The notes: generated from the letters alone by a model not told the origin. Shown: positions 1 to 9,668, counted from the stretch's first letter. The stretch: 64,000 bases of DNA from a virus (IMGVR_UViG_3300044840_000108:1-64000); one strand, 5' to 3'. Numbers and translations are program-made.

Positions 1-1521
1 TCACGCTCGCGAGAACGGTGACTGGGTGACCATGCCGCGTTGCGGGGGGTCCTCGTCCTCGTCGGTGACCCACAGTTGGTCGGTGTACTGCGGCACGATC
101 ACCATCGGCGGTGGTGTCCCTGCGTCCTGCTCGGCAGGCTTGTCGTCCTCGAATAGGGTGAACTCCGGGCCGGTGCCGAGATTGGTGAGCAAATAACGAA
201 TCCCATCGGCCGCATGGTCAGACGCTGCCGTGTCGGCGTCCTCCGGGTTGCCCTTCGTGGCGTGTGGCAAGTCCTGTAGCTCACGGAACAGGTTCGGGCA
301 CGTTGAGAAGATGTGCATCCGGGGACACGTTGCCCACCCTTGGGCGCGGTGGTGCGGGCACGCCGGGCCCTCACCGAGGTAGGAGTGGACACGCTGCCAC
401 CCGATGACCCGCGACCCCTTCCCTTTCCCCGCCGGGGTGAGGTACACGTCGTGCTCGGCGTACACGTCAGCGATCGGCCGGGCATCACCGCGGGTCGCCC
501 ACATCGCGTCGTCGGCGTAGCGGGCCACGATGTGTTCATCATCGGATTCGGCCGCCAGAATGCGACGCGCCTGGTCAGCTTCACCAACTTGAGTGGCGTA
601 CACCTCCCGGTACACCCACACCCGGCCGTCCTCATCGACCGCAGCCCACAGCACGCACCACGGGGCGGTGTAGCCCCAGTCCACGCCGTTGTAGCGCCGC
701 CACGACGCCGGCAGAGTGATCGGGTCGATGACGTGCCGATCTCGGGACAACTCCCGGAACATCTGTCCCGCGAACGCGCCCCAGTCGCCGTCGCGCATCG
801 CCTTGCGCTGCTCTTCGGGCAGCAACGCCAGGTCGGCCTTGTACTCCTCGTTGAGGTGCGGGTTGTCCAGCATCGACGAGCGGATGAACCGCACGGTTCG
901 GCCGCGTTTGTCGGTGACAACGGTCCGGCCGTAGTCGGTGGCGTCCACATACTTGGCCCGGACCGCACCATGCCCCGGTCCGCCAGGGTTCGCTGATGAC
1001 CGGATTCCCAGCACCGGGACGGCGGCTAGGCCGGTTCGCAGCCGAGTTTCCAGGTAGGTGACCACGAGCGGCGGGGTCAGGGTGCGCTCATCGAAGATCA
1101 GGAGTTGGTATTGGCCACCCTGCCGACGGGTCGCGTCAACCACGGTCTCCGCATAGCGGAACATGACGATGGCGCCGTTGCGGAACCGCAGATCATGGGT
1201 GGTGCCGTTCCACGATGCACCCAGCGCTCTCGCGAACTCCCGCTGTGCCAGTTCGGCCAGCAGGGACTCTTCCATTTCCGGGTAGGACCGGCGGAATGCA
1301 CCCACCCGCAGCCCCGGGTAGTGGACACATGCCCGGATGGCATGCATGAGCAGCGCGCAGCTTTTGCCGCCGCCAAGACTTCCGCCGAAAAGCACGTCGA
1401 ACTCGGTGGCGTCGTGAAACAACTGCTGCTTCGGTGTTGGCACGTACCCCAGGGCGTCGAACACTGGCTGATCAGGGGGGTCCAGGCGGTCAGCCAGCAG
1501 GGAAGCAAACGGGGACGGCAT
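1..1521 (-). CDS. terL: Phage terminase large subunit
   Basis: Walker A GGSLGGGKS, Walker B LLIFDE, SANPGG coupling motif, RNase H-like nuclease GVDWGY...DHAADGIRY. Confidence 0.92.
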   Translation of the reverse strand: MPSPFASLLADRLDPPDQPVFDALGYVPTPKQQLFHDATEFDVLFGGSLGGGKSCALLMHAIRACVHYPGLRVGAFRRSYPEMEESLLAELAQREFARALGASWNGTTHDLRFRNGAIVMFRYAETVVDATRRQGGQYQLLIFDERTLTPPLVVTYLETRLRTGLAAVPVLGIRSSANPGGPGHGAVRAKYVDATDYGRTVVTDKRGRTVRFIRSSMLDNPHLNEEYKADLALLPEEQRKAMRDGDWGAFAGQMFRELSRDRHVIDPITLPASWRRYNGVDWGYTAPWCVLWAAVDEDGRVWVYREVYATQVGEADQARRILAAESDDEHIVARYADDAMWATRGDARPIADVYAEHDVYLTPAGKGKGSRVIGWQRVHSYLGEGPACPHHRAQGWATCPRMHIFSTCPNLFRELQDLPHATKGNPEDADTAASDHAADGIRYLLTNLGTGPEFTLFEDDKPAEQDAGTPPPMVIVPQYTDQLWVTDEDEDPPQRGMVTQSPFSRA

Positions 1522-1536
1522 GACCGCCTCCCTGGT

Positions 1537-2130
1537 CTATCCGGCCACACGCAAGTGGCGGGCTACTCGGGATCGGGCGTCCCGCTGCTGCTCGTGCGAC
1601 AAGCCCATCTCGGCGAGCACCGCTCCCAACGCGGAAGCCACGGTCGCCGCCTGCTCCTCGGACACCCGAGCTAGGCGTTCGTCAATGTTCAGCCGGCCGA
1701 TCCCCAGGAGGAGGTGTCCGAGCCGGTCCATCGCACGTTCCAGCAACTGCACCTCAGCCTTGACCTGCTCACCCACGGCACCGGCATAGCCGAGACTCGT
1801 CAGCCCCGAGACGCGTTCGGCAACCAGTTGTTTCCACCGTTTCGCCTCGCCAGCCAGCACCTGAAGTTCCCGTAGCGGGTCCTCTACCGGGTCGGCCGTG
1901 CCAAGGAGGGAGGTCAGGGCTTGCTGGTCGCGGTGTAGTTGCTGCTCTACCAGGGCGAGGTGGCCGCTGTTCTGGTGGTTGCGGGTGCTGCCGCCGTGGA
2001 ACTTGCACCGGCCGGCTCCAGCGTGTGGGGTGCCCCATCCGGCGGGACGTCGGCAACACCCGTCGCCCTGCCGCTTCTTGCCGCCACACAGTGACCGGTC
2101 ATGACCTGGAGTGGGGGGCTGGGCTGTCAT
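1537..2130 (-). CDS. Probable terminase small subunit (HGGxSTG-like Zn motif plus helical domain)
   Basis: CGGK...CCRRPAG...CKFHGGST motif; directly upstream of terL; ATG at 2130 chosen. Confidence 0.65.
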   Translation of the reverse strand: MTAQPPTPGHDRSLCGGKKRQGDGCCRRPAGWGTPHAGAGRCKFHGGSTRNHQNSGHLALVEQQLHRDQQALTSLLGTADPVEDPLRELQVLAGEAKRWKQLVAERVSGLTSLGYAGAVGEQVKAEVQLLERAMDRLGHLLLGIGRLNIDERLARVSEEQAATVASALGAVLAEMGLSHEQQRDARSRVARHLRVAG

Positions 2131-2149
2131 GGCCTCATGCCCCCTGACA

Positions 2150-2194
2150 CACCATATCGATGTGGTGCGTTCCGGTGACATGTGGTGCTATGAT
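2150..2194. promoter_or_regulatory. Divergent promoter region: near-palindrome CACCATATCGATGTGGTG and extended -10 TGcTATGAT for a leaderless RHH gene
   Basis: Palindrome 2150-2167; TATGAT 2189-2194 lies 6 nt before ATG 2201; ATGTGGTGC repeated at 2160 and 2180. Confidence 0.5.
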
Positions 2195-2200
2195 GGTGTC

Positions 2201-2425
2201 ATGGTGAACCGCAAACAGAAGTCGGCAGAGGGCATTGCTGTCTTCTCGGTGAGACTCCCCCAAGAGCTGGCGAGAGCCGTCCAGAGCGAGGCTGACCGGG
2301 AGTCCCGCTACCGCAACAACATGATCCAGGTGTTACTCAAGGAAGCGCTCCAGCACCGGCAAGCCGCTTCGTCCGCTCGACGGCGCCAGGGATCGACACC
2401 GGACGACACCCTCCCAACCGCCTAA
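2201..2425 (+). CDS. Arc/ribbon-helix-helix DNA-binding protein
   Basis: FSVRLPQELARAVQSEADRESRYRNNMIQVLLKEAL fits the beta-alpha-alpha RHH pattern. Confidence 0.75.
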   Translation: MVNRKQKSAEGIAVFSVRLPQELARAVQSEADRESRYRNNMIQVLLKEALQHRQAASSARRRQGSTPDDTLPTA

Positions 2426-2460
2426 ACTCCTCCACCACGAAAACGGGAGACGATAACCCA

Positions 2461-3405
2461 GTGACCAGTGTCAACGACCAACCACCACCAGATGACAGCC
2501 GTATCGCGAAGAACCTGCGTGCGCTGGCCAAACTTTGGTTCCGTGGCCTTGACCTGCCCGAGACGGTAGCGCGCCTGAACGAGCTACGCTCCGTGCTCGC
2601 CGAGTTCAGCCCGTTCAGCTCCGAACCGGTCGACTACGTCGAGTGGGTACCTGCGGAAGATGTCCAGGCCAACAGTTACAACCCGAACACTGTGGCTGCT
2701 CCCGAGATGGAGTTGCTGCGACTGTCCATCCTGGCGGACGGGTTCACCCAGCCCATCGTGTCGAACGCCGAGGACGGGCACCGCGAGGTCGTTGACGGCT
2801 TCCACCGGTCCAGAGTCGGCAAGGAGTCCCCCGACGTAGCGGAACGCGTCAAGGGCTACCTGCCACTGGTACAGATCCGGTCGGACCGCGGTGACCGCTC
2901 GGACCGGATGGCATCCACGATCCGCCACAACCGGGCGCGCGGCAAGCACCAAGTCGTGAAAATGTCCGATATTGTGCTTGACTTGAAGCGGCGCAACTGG
3001 TCAGACAACAAGATCGCCAAAGAGTTGGGCATGGACCCCGACGAAGTGTTGCGCCTGACCCAGATCACCGGCCTGGTAGAAGCGTTTAAGGACCGCGACT
3101 TCTCGCAAGCATGGGAACACGTCGGGCCTGTTGAGGATATCCCAGACCCTGACGGTGAAGACGACGGCCCGGTCAACCTGGAATGGATGAACGGGATGGC
3201 GCCGCCGAAGCGACCGGCTGGCTGGTACGAGCGGACCCCGTCAAGTCACGTGCTGTACGGCGAGACCGGGGGGCAACTTGGGCTGATCCAGAAGAGCCGG
3301 TTCGCCGACGAATGGTTCTGGTACGCCTACACGCAGCCCCTGTCCGAAGGGCGGGCGGCGACATCAACAGACGCCATGCAGGCTGTCGACTTGGCCCACG
3401 CGTGA
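2461..3405 (+). CDS. ibrB: IbrB/YbdM-like ParB/Srx-domain protein with C-terminal extension
   Basis: ANSYNPN, GFTQPIV, VVDGFHR and STIRHNRARGKH motifs typical of this family. Confidence 0.85.
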   Translation: MTSVNDQPPPDDSRIAKNLRALAKLWFRGLDLPETVARLNELRSVLAEFSPFSSEPVDYVEWVPAEDVQANSYNPNTVAAPEMELLRLSILADGFTQPIVSNAEDGHREVVDGFHRSRVGKESPDVAERVKGYLPLVQIRSDRGDRSDRMASTIRHNRARGKHQVVKMSDIVLDLKRRNWSDNKIAKELGMDPDEVLRLTQITGLVEAFKDRDFSQAWEHVGPVEDIPDPDGEDDGPVNLEWMNGMAPPKRPAGWYERTPSSHVLYGETGGQLGLIQKSRFADEWFWYAYTQPLSEGRAATSTDAMQAVDLAHA

Positions 3406-3785
3406 AGCGGATCTATCACCACTTCGTCCTGTGGGAAGAGTGGCCAGCGGGAATGTGGCGCATCGACCCGGTCGAGTTCGAGTTCGAGGTTGCCGTGGTA
3501 CTCATGCGCAACACGGCACGGTGGGTAGCAGCGATGCGCCAGGTTGCCCGCATGTGGCCCCGCTCATGTGAGCAAAACTTGTCGCATACCGAACACAATC
3601 GGGTGGCGTGGCTCGGCCAGGCCGCCGTGTGTCTCGCCGTGGGGCAACCGGCCGTGGTCACCCGGAAGACGTGGTGGCAACTCACCAGGGGCCAGCAAGA
3701 CCAGGCCAACGCGGGGGCGCAGGCCACGATTACAGAATGGGAGGCCAGTCAATGCCCAGACAATCAATTGGCGTTGATGTTCTGA
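3402..3785 (+). CDS. Trp-rich hypothetical protein between ibrB and ibrA
   Basis: GTGA overlap with ibrB; KRIYHHFVLWEEWPAGMW...NRVAWLGQAA. Confidence 0.7.
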   Translation: MKRIYHHFVLWEEWPAGMWRIDPVEFEFEVAVVLMRNTARWVAAMRQVARMWPRSCEQNLSHTEHNRVAWLGQAAVCLAVGQPAVVTRKTWWQLTRGQQDQANAGAQATITEWEASQCPDNQLALMF

Positions 3786-4993
3786 CAGCCGCGCGGCAAC
3801 GTGTCGCGCTCGCGTTCGATCATTTTGAGAAGATTTGCGTCAGTTACAGCGCAGGCAAGGACAGTACCGTCCTACTTCATCTGGTGATGGAGGAGGCGAG
3901 GCGGCGGAACCGCAAGGTTGCGGTACTTCTCATCGATCTGGAGGCACAATATCGATCCACGATCGAACACGCCGAAAAGCTGTACGACATGTACCGGGAC
4001 CACATCGAGCCCTACTGGGTAGCGTTGCCGTTGCATCTGCGGAACGCGGTCAGTGTGTTCGAGCCGTTCTGGCAGTGCTGGGACCCGGAGGCGCGAGAGG
4101 CGTGGGTCCGGCAACCGCCAGCGATTGCTATCACCGACCCCGGTTACTTCCCGTTTTTCCGGCAAGGTATGGAGTTCGAGGAGTTCGTCCCCCAGTTTGC
4201 CGAGTGGTACTCGAACGGTGTCGCTACGGCGTTTTTTGTGGGCATTCGCACTCAGGAGTCCTACAGTCGGTTCTTGGCCATCGCGTCAGGCCACAAGTCG
4301 ATGTGGGATGGCTACCGGTTCACTACCGGCGTGTGCGAACGCTCGGACTCGTACAACTTCTACCCGCTGTATGACTGGGCCACCGAGGACATCTGGACCT
4401 TCCAGGGCCGCCATCCCGAGTTGCCCTACAACGGCGTGTACGACCTCATGCACTTGGCTGGCGTGTCGATCCATGTTCAGCGAATCTGCCAGCCGTACGG
4501 GGATGACCAGCGGCGAGGGCTGTGGCTGTACCATCTGCTGGAACCGGACACGTGGGGCCGTGTCGTAGCCCGAGTGAACGGGGCTAACAGCGGGGCTATG
4601 TACTCGCAGGAACACGGCAACATTAACGGCTACCGCAAGGTGTCCAAACCTCCGCACTTGACTTGGAAAGAGTTCGCCTACCTGTTGGTGCAGTCCCTGC
4701 CGCGAACGACGCAGGAGCACTACGCGAACAAAATCGGCATCCACGTGAAGTGGTGGACCGACCGTGGCTATCCAGAAGGCATCCCGGACGAAGCCGACTA
4801 CGATCTGGAGATCGCCAAGAAGGTCCCCTCGTGGCGGAGGGTGTGTAAATGCTTGCTGCGGAACGACTGGTGGTGCAAGTCGCTTGGCTTCACCCAGCAC
4901 AAGTCAGCCGCGTACACCGCCTACCTGGAGTTGATGCGGAAACGGAGGGCGCGGGCTGGCGAAGAGCAGCAACTCGCCTTAGCCGCCACGTAA
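3752..4993 (+). CDS. ibrA: IbrA/YbdN-like PAPS-reductase-fold (PP-loop) protein with DUF3440 C-terminus
   Basis: PP-loop SYSAGKDS, GIRTQES, YPLYDW, RICQPYG, PSWRRVCKCLLRNDWWCKSLGF; GGGAGG RBS before ATG 3752. Confidence 0.88.
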   Translation: MPRQSIGVDVLTAARQRVALAFDHFEKICVSYSAGKDSTVLLHLVMEEARRRNRKVAVLLIDLEAQYRSTIEHAEKLYDMYRDHIEPYWVALPLHLRNAVSVFEPFWQCWDPEAREAWVRQPPAIAITDPGYFPFFRQGMEFEEFVPQFAEWYSNGVATAFFVGIRTQESYSRFLAIASGHKSMWDGYRFTTGVCERSDSYNFYPLYDWATEDIWTFQGRHPELPYNGVYDLMHLAGVSIHVQRICQPYGDDQRRGLWLYHLLEPDTWGRVVARVNGANSGAMYSQEHGNINGYRKVSKPPHLTWKEFAYLLVQSLPRTTQEHYANKIGIHVKWWTDRGYPEGIPDEADYDLEIAKKVPSWRRVCKCLLRNDWWCKSLGFTQHKSAAYTAYLELMRKRRARAGEEQQLALAAT

Positions 4994-5039
4994 CCTAGGT
5001 CTCGTCACCCCCGATGCCCCAAAGGGAAGAGGAAGCCAC

Positions 5040-5654
5040 ATGCCACTACATATCCCCACATTTGAATACCACGGCGCTCACATGCCGCCGGTTGACGCCC
5101 CTTCTGTCAGGCGATGGGAAGGGCCAGGGTGTACGGCGTTCAGGCACGACCTCATGTCTTCGCGCGTATTGCCTGCCGAGTTCGACCGGTGCGACGTGCT
5201 TGTCACGGACCTGCCGTGGCAGAAAGGGTACGCGACATTCAACAAGCGTGCGGGCCTCACCAAGGCCCGCACGTACGCCGCGTTCATGGTGCGGGTCTCC
5301 GAGGTCGTGAAGGCCACCACCGTGCCGTTGTACCTGGTAACAGGTCGGCACGCGCTGGTGAAGCTACCGGCACCAGATGTGGTGTTGCCGATGCGGTTAA
5401 ATGAGGACGAAGCGGTCGCGGTCGGCTATCGGCCAGGGAGTGAGGCGGATGGCCGGTACGGGGTGGCGCCGGAGTTCTTACACGCCTTGGCGCAGCGCTA
5501 CAACGTCGCAGGGGACTTCTGCTGTGGCTATGGCCGCACGGCCCGGTTCTTCCTGCGTTCAGGCAAGCAGGCTGTCATGTCGGACGTCAACCCGACCTGT
5601 ATCGGGTATATCTCCCAGTATGCAACCTCATGGAGAGGGACCGGCAATGTCTAA
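5040..5654 (+). CDS. Small SAM-dependent amino-methyltransferase-like protein (motif IV before motif I)
   Basis: DVLVTDLPW (DPPY-like) and GDFCCGYGRT...SDVN (FxGxG-like). Confidence 0.55.
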   Translation: MPLHIPTFEYHGAHMPPVDAPSVRRWEGPGCTAFRHDLMSSRVLPAEFDRCDVLVTDLPWQKGYATFNKRAGLTKARTYAAFMVRVSEVVKATTVPLYLVTGRHALVKLPAPDVVLPMRLNEDEAVAVGYRPGSEADGRYGVAPEFLHALAQRYNVAGDFCCGYGRTARFFLRSGKQAVMSDVNPTCIGYISQYATSWRGTGNV

Positions 5655-5832
5655 CTTCACCGACCAGGCAGCCGACCGGCTGGAAGCCGTCGGCGATCTG
5701 ACACCAGGCTATGCCGCCGTACTAGTCAACCTCGCGGGCGATATTCGCGCGGCGGGCAACGGGATTGCGTGTGAACATGGCGGCACCGAATGGGCCGACG
5801 ACCTCGCGGCCGTGTTGCTGGGGATCACTTGA
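5647..5832 (+). CDS. Small hypothetical protein
   Basis: GGAGAGGG RBS; overlaps the upstream stop. Confidence 0.5.
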   Translation: MSNFTDQAADRLEAVGDLTPGYAAVLVNLAGDIRAAGNGIACEHGGTEWADDLAAVLLGIT

Positions 5833-5979
5833 TGCCCTGAATCGTCCCTCACCTCCCGTGTCACGACAGGTGGGTGTACCGGATGGTGCCTACCTGTTGG
5901 CTCATCTATGGTGGTAGCCATTCGCCAGCGTGACGTGACAGTTCCGGCTGGTAATGACTAAGCAAAGGAGGGTCAGCGG

Positions 5980-6426
5980 ATGGCGCAGAAGGTGCTAGTC
6001 GAACTGGTGGACGATCTTGACGGTTCCGTCGGGGATGACATCGAGTCGGTGACGTTCGGACTGGACGGGGTCGAGTACGCGATCGACCTCAACGAGGACA
6101 ACGCGGAGAGGCTCCGCGAGATTCTCGGCGAGTTCGTGGAGGTGGCCCGCCGGACCGGTGGCCGCATCAAGAGGGGCACATCGGCTGGCGGCAAGAAGCT
6201 GGCTCCCCGGTTGACGGTGGTGCCGACGTCGGTGCACCGGCCGAAGGAGGTGACCCAGGCCATCCGAGAGTGGGCAAGGGCAAACGGTCACGATGTCGCG
6301 GACCGGGGCCGTATCCCGGCGGCGGTGTTGGAGGAGTACGACGAGGCGCACAAGCCGGCGGTGGCCGACAAGCCCCAGCGGGGTGGACGGAAGGGCCCGG
6401 CGGTGTCGCCGCGGTTCACGGGCTGA
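5980..6426 (+). CDS. lsr2: Lsr2 nucleoid-associated protein / xenogeneic silencer homolog
   Basis: [43 protein letters not shown]-hook; AAGGAGG RBS. Confidence 0.95.
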   Translation: MAQKVLVELVDDLDGSVGDDIESVTFGLDGVEYAIDLNEDNAERLREILGEFVEVARRTGGRIKRGTSAGGKKLAPRLTVVPTSVHRPKEVTQAIREWARANGHDVADRGRIPAAVLEEYDEAHKPAVADKPQRGGRKGPAVSPRFTG

Positions 6427-7264
6427 TAGGCACCATCGCACCACTGGCCTCTACCGGATTGGTAGGGGCCAGTGGTGCGTCCGGGGGCAGGCGGGCAGTG
6501 TCGAGGGTGGCGAGCGCGTCGGCCCACCACGCGGCGACCTCGGGTATGTCGTCGGGTCGGGGGATGCCGGGGTGAGGCCAGAACTCGGGTTCGACCCCGC
6601 ACACCACCAAGCGAAAATCACACGCGAACACCTCTGATGCGGCGTCGTGCCACCGGCCACCGGACCCGTGGTGCACGTCAGGCAGGCCGCGCAACGCGGC
6701 ATATTCGGTGACCACCGCATCATCGCGGGCATGTTTCGCGCCGCGCGCCACCGACAGCATGTACTCCACGTTGTGCCCGTACTCGTGTGCCGCCAAGTAG
6801 CGGGTCAGCGCCGGGTGCGGCGGGACTCGTTTCCCGGACAGCACAATCAACCCGGTCGGGGTGTCTTTGACGTAGTCGTCGCCTGCGTAGTGCCCGCCGT
6901 CGTGGACGTTGCTGAACCCGTTGGATCGGCCGATCTCTTCGCGGTCCGCGATCCACACCTCAACATTCCATGTGGGTGGGCAGCATCGGGAGACGTGCGC
7001 GACCGTTTCCTCCACGACTGCGGTGTCGTGGGGGTAGGCGGGGAACGGGTCGAACGTGCCGGTGATCGAGCCGTGTTCGGGGTGGTACCAGTGGGGCAGC
7101 GCTACGGCGTCCCGGAAATGCCAGGTCGCCGCTTTCATTACCGCGAGTTCGTGCACCGTGACCGACGGGTTCGACACAGGCATCCCCCCGGTGTGGTGGT
7201 TGGCTACAGGAACACGGACAGGGAAAGGGTCAGGTTCAGCAGCAGGGACAGCATCCGCGGTCAC
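6416..7264 (-). CDS. Putative zinc metallopeptidase-like protein
   Basis: HEYGH (HExxH) plus downstream SEVFA. Confidence 0.55.
   Translation of the reverse strand: MTADAVPAAEPDPFPVRVPVANHHTGGMPVSNPSVTVHELAVMKAATWHFRDAVALPHWYHPEHGSITGTFDPFPAYPHDTAVVEETVAHVSRCCPPTWNVEVWIADREEIGRSNGFSNVHDGGHYAGDDYVKDTPTGLIVLSGKRVPPHPALTRYLAAHEYGHNVEYMLSVARGAKHARDDAVVTEYAALRGLPDVHHGSGGRWHDAASEVFACDFRLVVCGVEPEFWPHPGIPRPDDIPEVAAWWADALATLDTARLPPDAPLAPTNPVEASGAMVPISP
6437..6479. terminator. Hairpin at the junction of convergent genes (likely terminator)
   Basis: CGCACCACTGGCCTCTACC/GGTAGGGGCCAGTGGTGCG, 19-bp stem with one G-T pair and a 5-nt loop. Confidence 0.6.
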
Positions 7265-7698
7265 CCCCTCTCGTCCGGTGAGGTCGCCGGGTCGGGCGGC
7301 GGGATACCGAGGCGGGTTTCGATGCGGGCCAGGCGGCTGTCCTGGGTGGCGTTGATCGCGGCGACCGTGTCCACGGTGGTGTGCACGCTGGTCAGGGCCT
7401 GGTGGTCGGCTTCCGCTTTCGCCACCCGCGCCACATCAGCTTGGTTCGCGACATAGGTGAGCAGTGGCAGCGCCCACAGTTGAATCCAACCGCTGGCCAG
7501 GTAGAACACCACGGCCTGGACGTGCGCCGGGAACAGCAGCACCACCAGGGGTGCCACGATGAACAGCCACACCGCGGTGGTCGCGCCAAACAGGACCGCG
7601 AGGTGGTTGGCTGCCCACCCGCTGGCCCGCGCTACCGCGCCGCGCCGGGTGGGCATCAGGTCTTGGGGGTGCGGCACCCGAGAGTGCGTGGCCACCAC
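7261..7698 (-). CDS. Membrane protein, DUF1003-like
   Basis: Two hydrophobic helices, IQLWALPLL...NQAD, coiled C-terminus; start uncertain. Confidence 0.5.
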   Translation of the reverse strand: MVATHSRVPHPQDLMPTRRGAVARASGWAANHLAVLFGATTAVWLFIVAPLVVLLFPAHVQAVVFYLASGWIQLWALPLLTYVANQADVARVAKAEADHQALTSVHTTVDTVAAINATQDSRLARIETRLGIPPPDPATSPDERG

Positions 7699-7703
7699 CG
7701 CCG

Positions 7704-7949
7704 TTACACCACCTGCCGGATCGCGAACCCAGGTATGCCCAGGCCAAAGTCTGGGTCGGATGACGCCGGCCGCAGCGGCGACAGCCCGGCGGCCGGACCG
7801 ATCCACCGGAACGGCTCGTCACAGTCGGCGCAGCGGACGCGAATGTCCGCGCTGTAGGCGTCGACCGGGCCGCCTTCGGTGGCGCACAGCCGGTTTACCT
7901 CGACGACGCAGGCGAAGTTTTCGTGCGGGCATGCCCGGTCAGGGTCCAT
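7704..7949 (-). CDS. Small Zn-binding hypothetical protein
   Basis: CPH...CADC; AGGAG RBS. Confidence 0.55.
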   Translation of the reverse strand: MDPDRACPHENFACVVEVNRLCATEGGPVDAYSADIRVRCADCDEPFRWIGPAAGLSPLRPASSDPDFGLGIPGFAIRQVV

Positions 7950-7970
7950 GGCAGGCTCCTGGAGTGATCC

Positions 7971-8270
7971 TCAGGTGGTGTCGGACTGCACAGGCCGCAC
8001 CGTGCGGGTGCCGTCCGCATGAGTCCACTCCACCGCGTGCAACACGACCGGGTCCGGTGCATTCGGCGGGTCACGCACGTAGGACGGCGCCATCTCCGCC
8101 GCGCCATTGGGCGCGTCCGGGGCGTCCACGTCCAGCACCAGCAGATCCAGCAGCCACCCGGTGGGCCCGGTGACGGTGTCCATGCGGGCGCCGGTGATGT
8201 GGTAGCCGTCGGGGAGGTGCAGGATCATCCGCAGCAAGTCGGGGGTGATCTTCAGGGCGACGGTGGGCAT
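7971..8270 (-). CDS. Hypothetical protein
   Basis: ATG 8270 overlaps the upstream stop; GAGGG RBS. Confidence 0.55.
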   Translation of the reverse strand: MPTVALKITPDLLRMILHLPDGYHITGARMDTVTGPTGWLLDLLVLDVDAPDAPNGAAEMAPSYVRDPPNAPDPVVLHAVEWTHADGTRTVRPVQSDTT

Positions 8271-8788
8271 CAAACCCTCTCGGGCCAGTGCCACGTACCA
8301 CCGGGGTAGCCCCGAGGAGGAACCCCGGCGGCGGTGGTTTCGTAGCCGTTGTGGCGATGGCAGCCACCAGTGGCGAGGGGATGGAAGAACACGCCGGTCG
8401 GGTTGATGGCGGCTAACCCGACCAGGCCAGGGTCGGCCGGGTCGACCTCGGTGACGGTCGCGGCACGGCATTCGCTGCGGAACTCCCCACCGGGGGTGCC
8501 GTAGGACACGTAGTGGACCTGTCGGCCAACAGTGGGGTCCGGTTCGGGCGGCGGAGTGATCGGCGTGTAGGTCGCGGTGATACCCGGCTTCCCCTGAGTT
8601 GTCGTCAGATACGACACTCCCTGGTTCGGATTGCTGATAAGGGGCTGCACGGGCGCTCCTTCCTCGCCTCTGTGCGCGTCCAGTGCGCAGTCCGGGCACA
8701 CCGCAGGGCCGCCACACCGGGCGACCGCATCGGGTGGCGTGGTGGGGTCATCGGCGCCGTACCAGTGGCCGTGGCGGGTGTACGGCAT
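8270..8788 (-). CDS. Actinophage hypothetical protein
   Basis: PTVGRQVHYVSYGTPGGEF...CRAATVTEV...GGTWHWPER pattern; N-terminal RCGGPAVCPDC. Confidence 0.6.
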   Translation of the reverse strand: MPYTRHGHWYGADDPTTPPDAVARCGGPAVCPDCALDAHRGEEGAPVQPLISNPNQGVSYLTTTQGKPGITATYTPITPPPEPDPTVGRQVHYVSYGTPGGEFRSECRAATVTEVDPADPGLVGLAAINPTGVFFHPLATGGCHRHNGYETTAAGVPPRGYPGGTWHWPERV

Positions 8789-8962
8789 CAGTCGCCAACA
8801 CCCGATCCGTCTGCCGGTGGGTGCGCAGGGCTGGCCAGAGACTCGATCTCGTCGGCCGCGCGACACAGGTGCTTAGCGAACACCCTCAGCACCGCGGCGA
8901 ACCGGGCGGTGTCCGGGGTGACCTCAATCTGCAACGGCGGCGTCGACACCAGCCACCCCCGG

Positions 8963-9121
8963 TCAGTGCAGGGCCAGCACGTCCACCACCAGCACCACCC
9001 CGACCAGTACGGTCGCAGCGATATCCAGGAGACGTTGCGCGGCGGCGTGGGTGATCAGCCGGGCCACACACAGCAGAAACACGCCGAGGACCAGCAGGAA
9101 CGCCAAGACGGTGGCGTCCAT
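8963..9121 (-). CDS. Small two-helix membrane protein
   Basis: Two hydrophobic stretches; TAATG overlap. Confidence 0.5.
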   Translation of the reverse strand: MDATVLAFLLVLGVFLLCVARLITHAAAQRLLDIAATVLVGVVLVVDVLALH

Positions 9122-9360
9122 TACGACTTGGCGGTCGGGGACGGTTTGGTGGCACCCGCCACGGCGTCCTTGGCGACCTGGACGTCTTCGGCGACCTGGC
9201 CGGCCACGAGCTTCTCGTCCGCGACAGCCTGCTGGTGGACGTGCTCCGCGACAGCGTGCAGGGCTTCCTTGAGCTTCTCGGCCCACGGACCGAGGTCCTT
9301 TTCGACGCGCTGCACGAGTGCCGCGATTTCCGTCTTGAGCGTTTCCAGGTTGAACGCCAT
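9121..9360 (-). CDS. Small helical hypothetical protein
   Basis: GGGAG RBS; amphipathic, Ala/Lys/Glu-rich. Confidence 0.6.
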   Translation of the reverse strand: MAFNLETLKTEIAALVQRVEKDLGPWAEKLKEALHAVAEHVHQQAVADEKLVAGQVAEDVQVAKDAVAGATKPSPTAKS

Positions 9361-9389
9361 GGGGGTATCTCCCGGCTGTAGGCAGCAAG

Positions 9390-9419
9390 AAGCCCCCGTC
9401 CTGGGGTGGACGGGGGCTT
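9390..9419 (-). terminator. Terminator-like hairpin downstream of the tRNA
   Basis: AAGCCCCCGTCC/GGACGGGGGCTT, perfect 12-bp stem followed by CTTG on the minus strand. Confidence 0.6.
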
Positions 9420-9445
9420 GTCCCTCGGTCGAGGGTTATGTGTTG

Positions 9446-9519
9446 TGGCGGCGACCGGATTCGAACCGGTGACCTGCGAGTTATGGGCCCGCCGAGCTAC
9501 CGAACTGCTCTACGCCGCG
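9446..9519 (-). tRNA. tRNA-Met(CAT), initiator (fMet) type; CCA not encoded
   Basis: Cloverleaf CGCGGCG TA GAGC-AGTTCGGTA-GCTC G GCGGG-CCCATAA-CTCGC AGGTC ACCGG-TTCGAAT-CCGGT CGCCGCC A; 1:72 mismatch and G29-G30-G31. Confidence 0.92.
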
Positions 9520-9668
9520 TTGGCACCGGCCAGCCCGTGACGAACTGGCCGGTACGGGCAACTCTACCCCCGGCGGGACGGCGGAAGGCCCACCGGGGGA
9601 TCAGTTGACCCCGGCGCAGGGGGGCGCCAGGTCTGCCCCCTCACTGAAGAGGTGGGGGGAGTGTAGAT

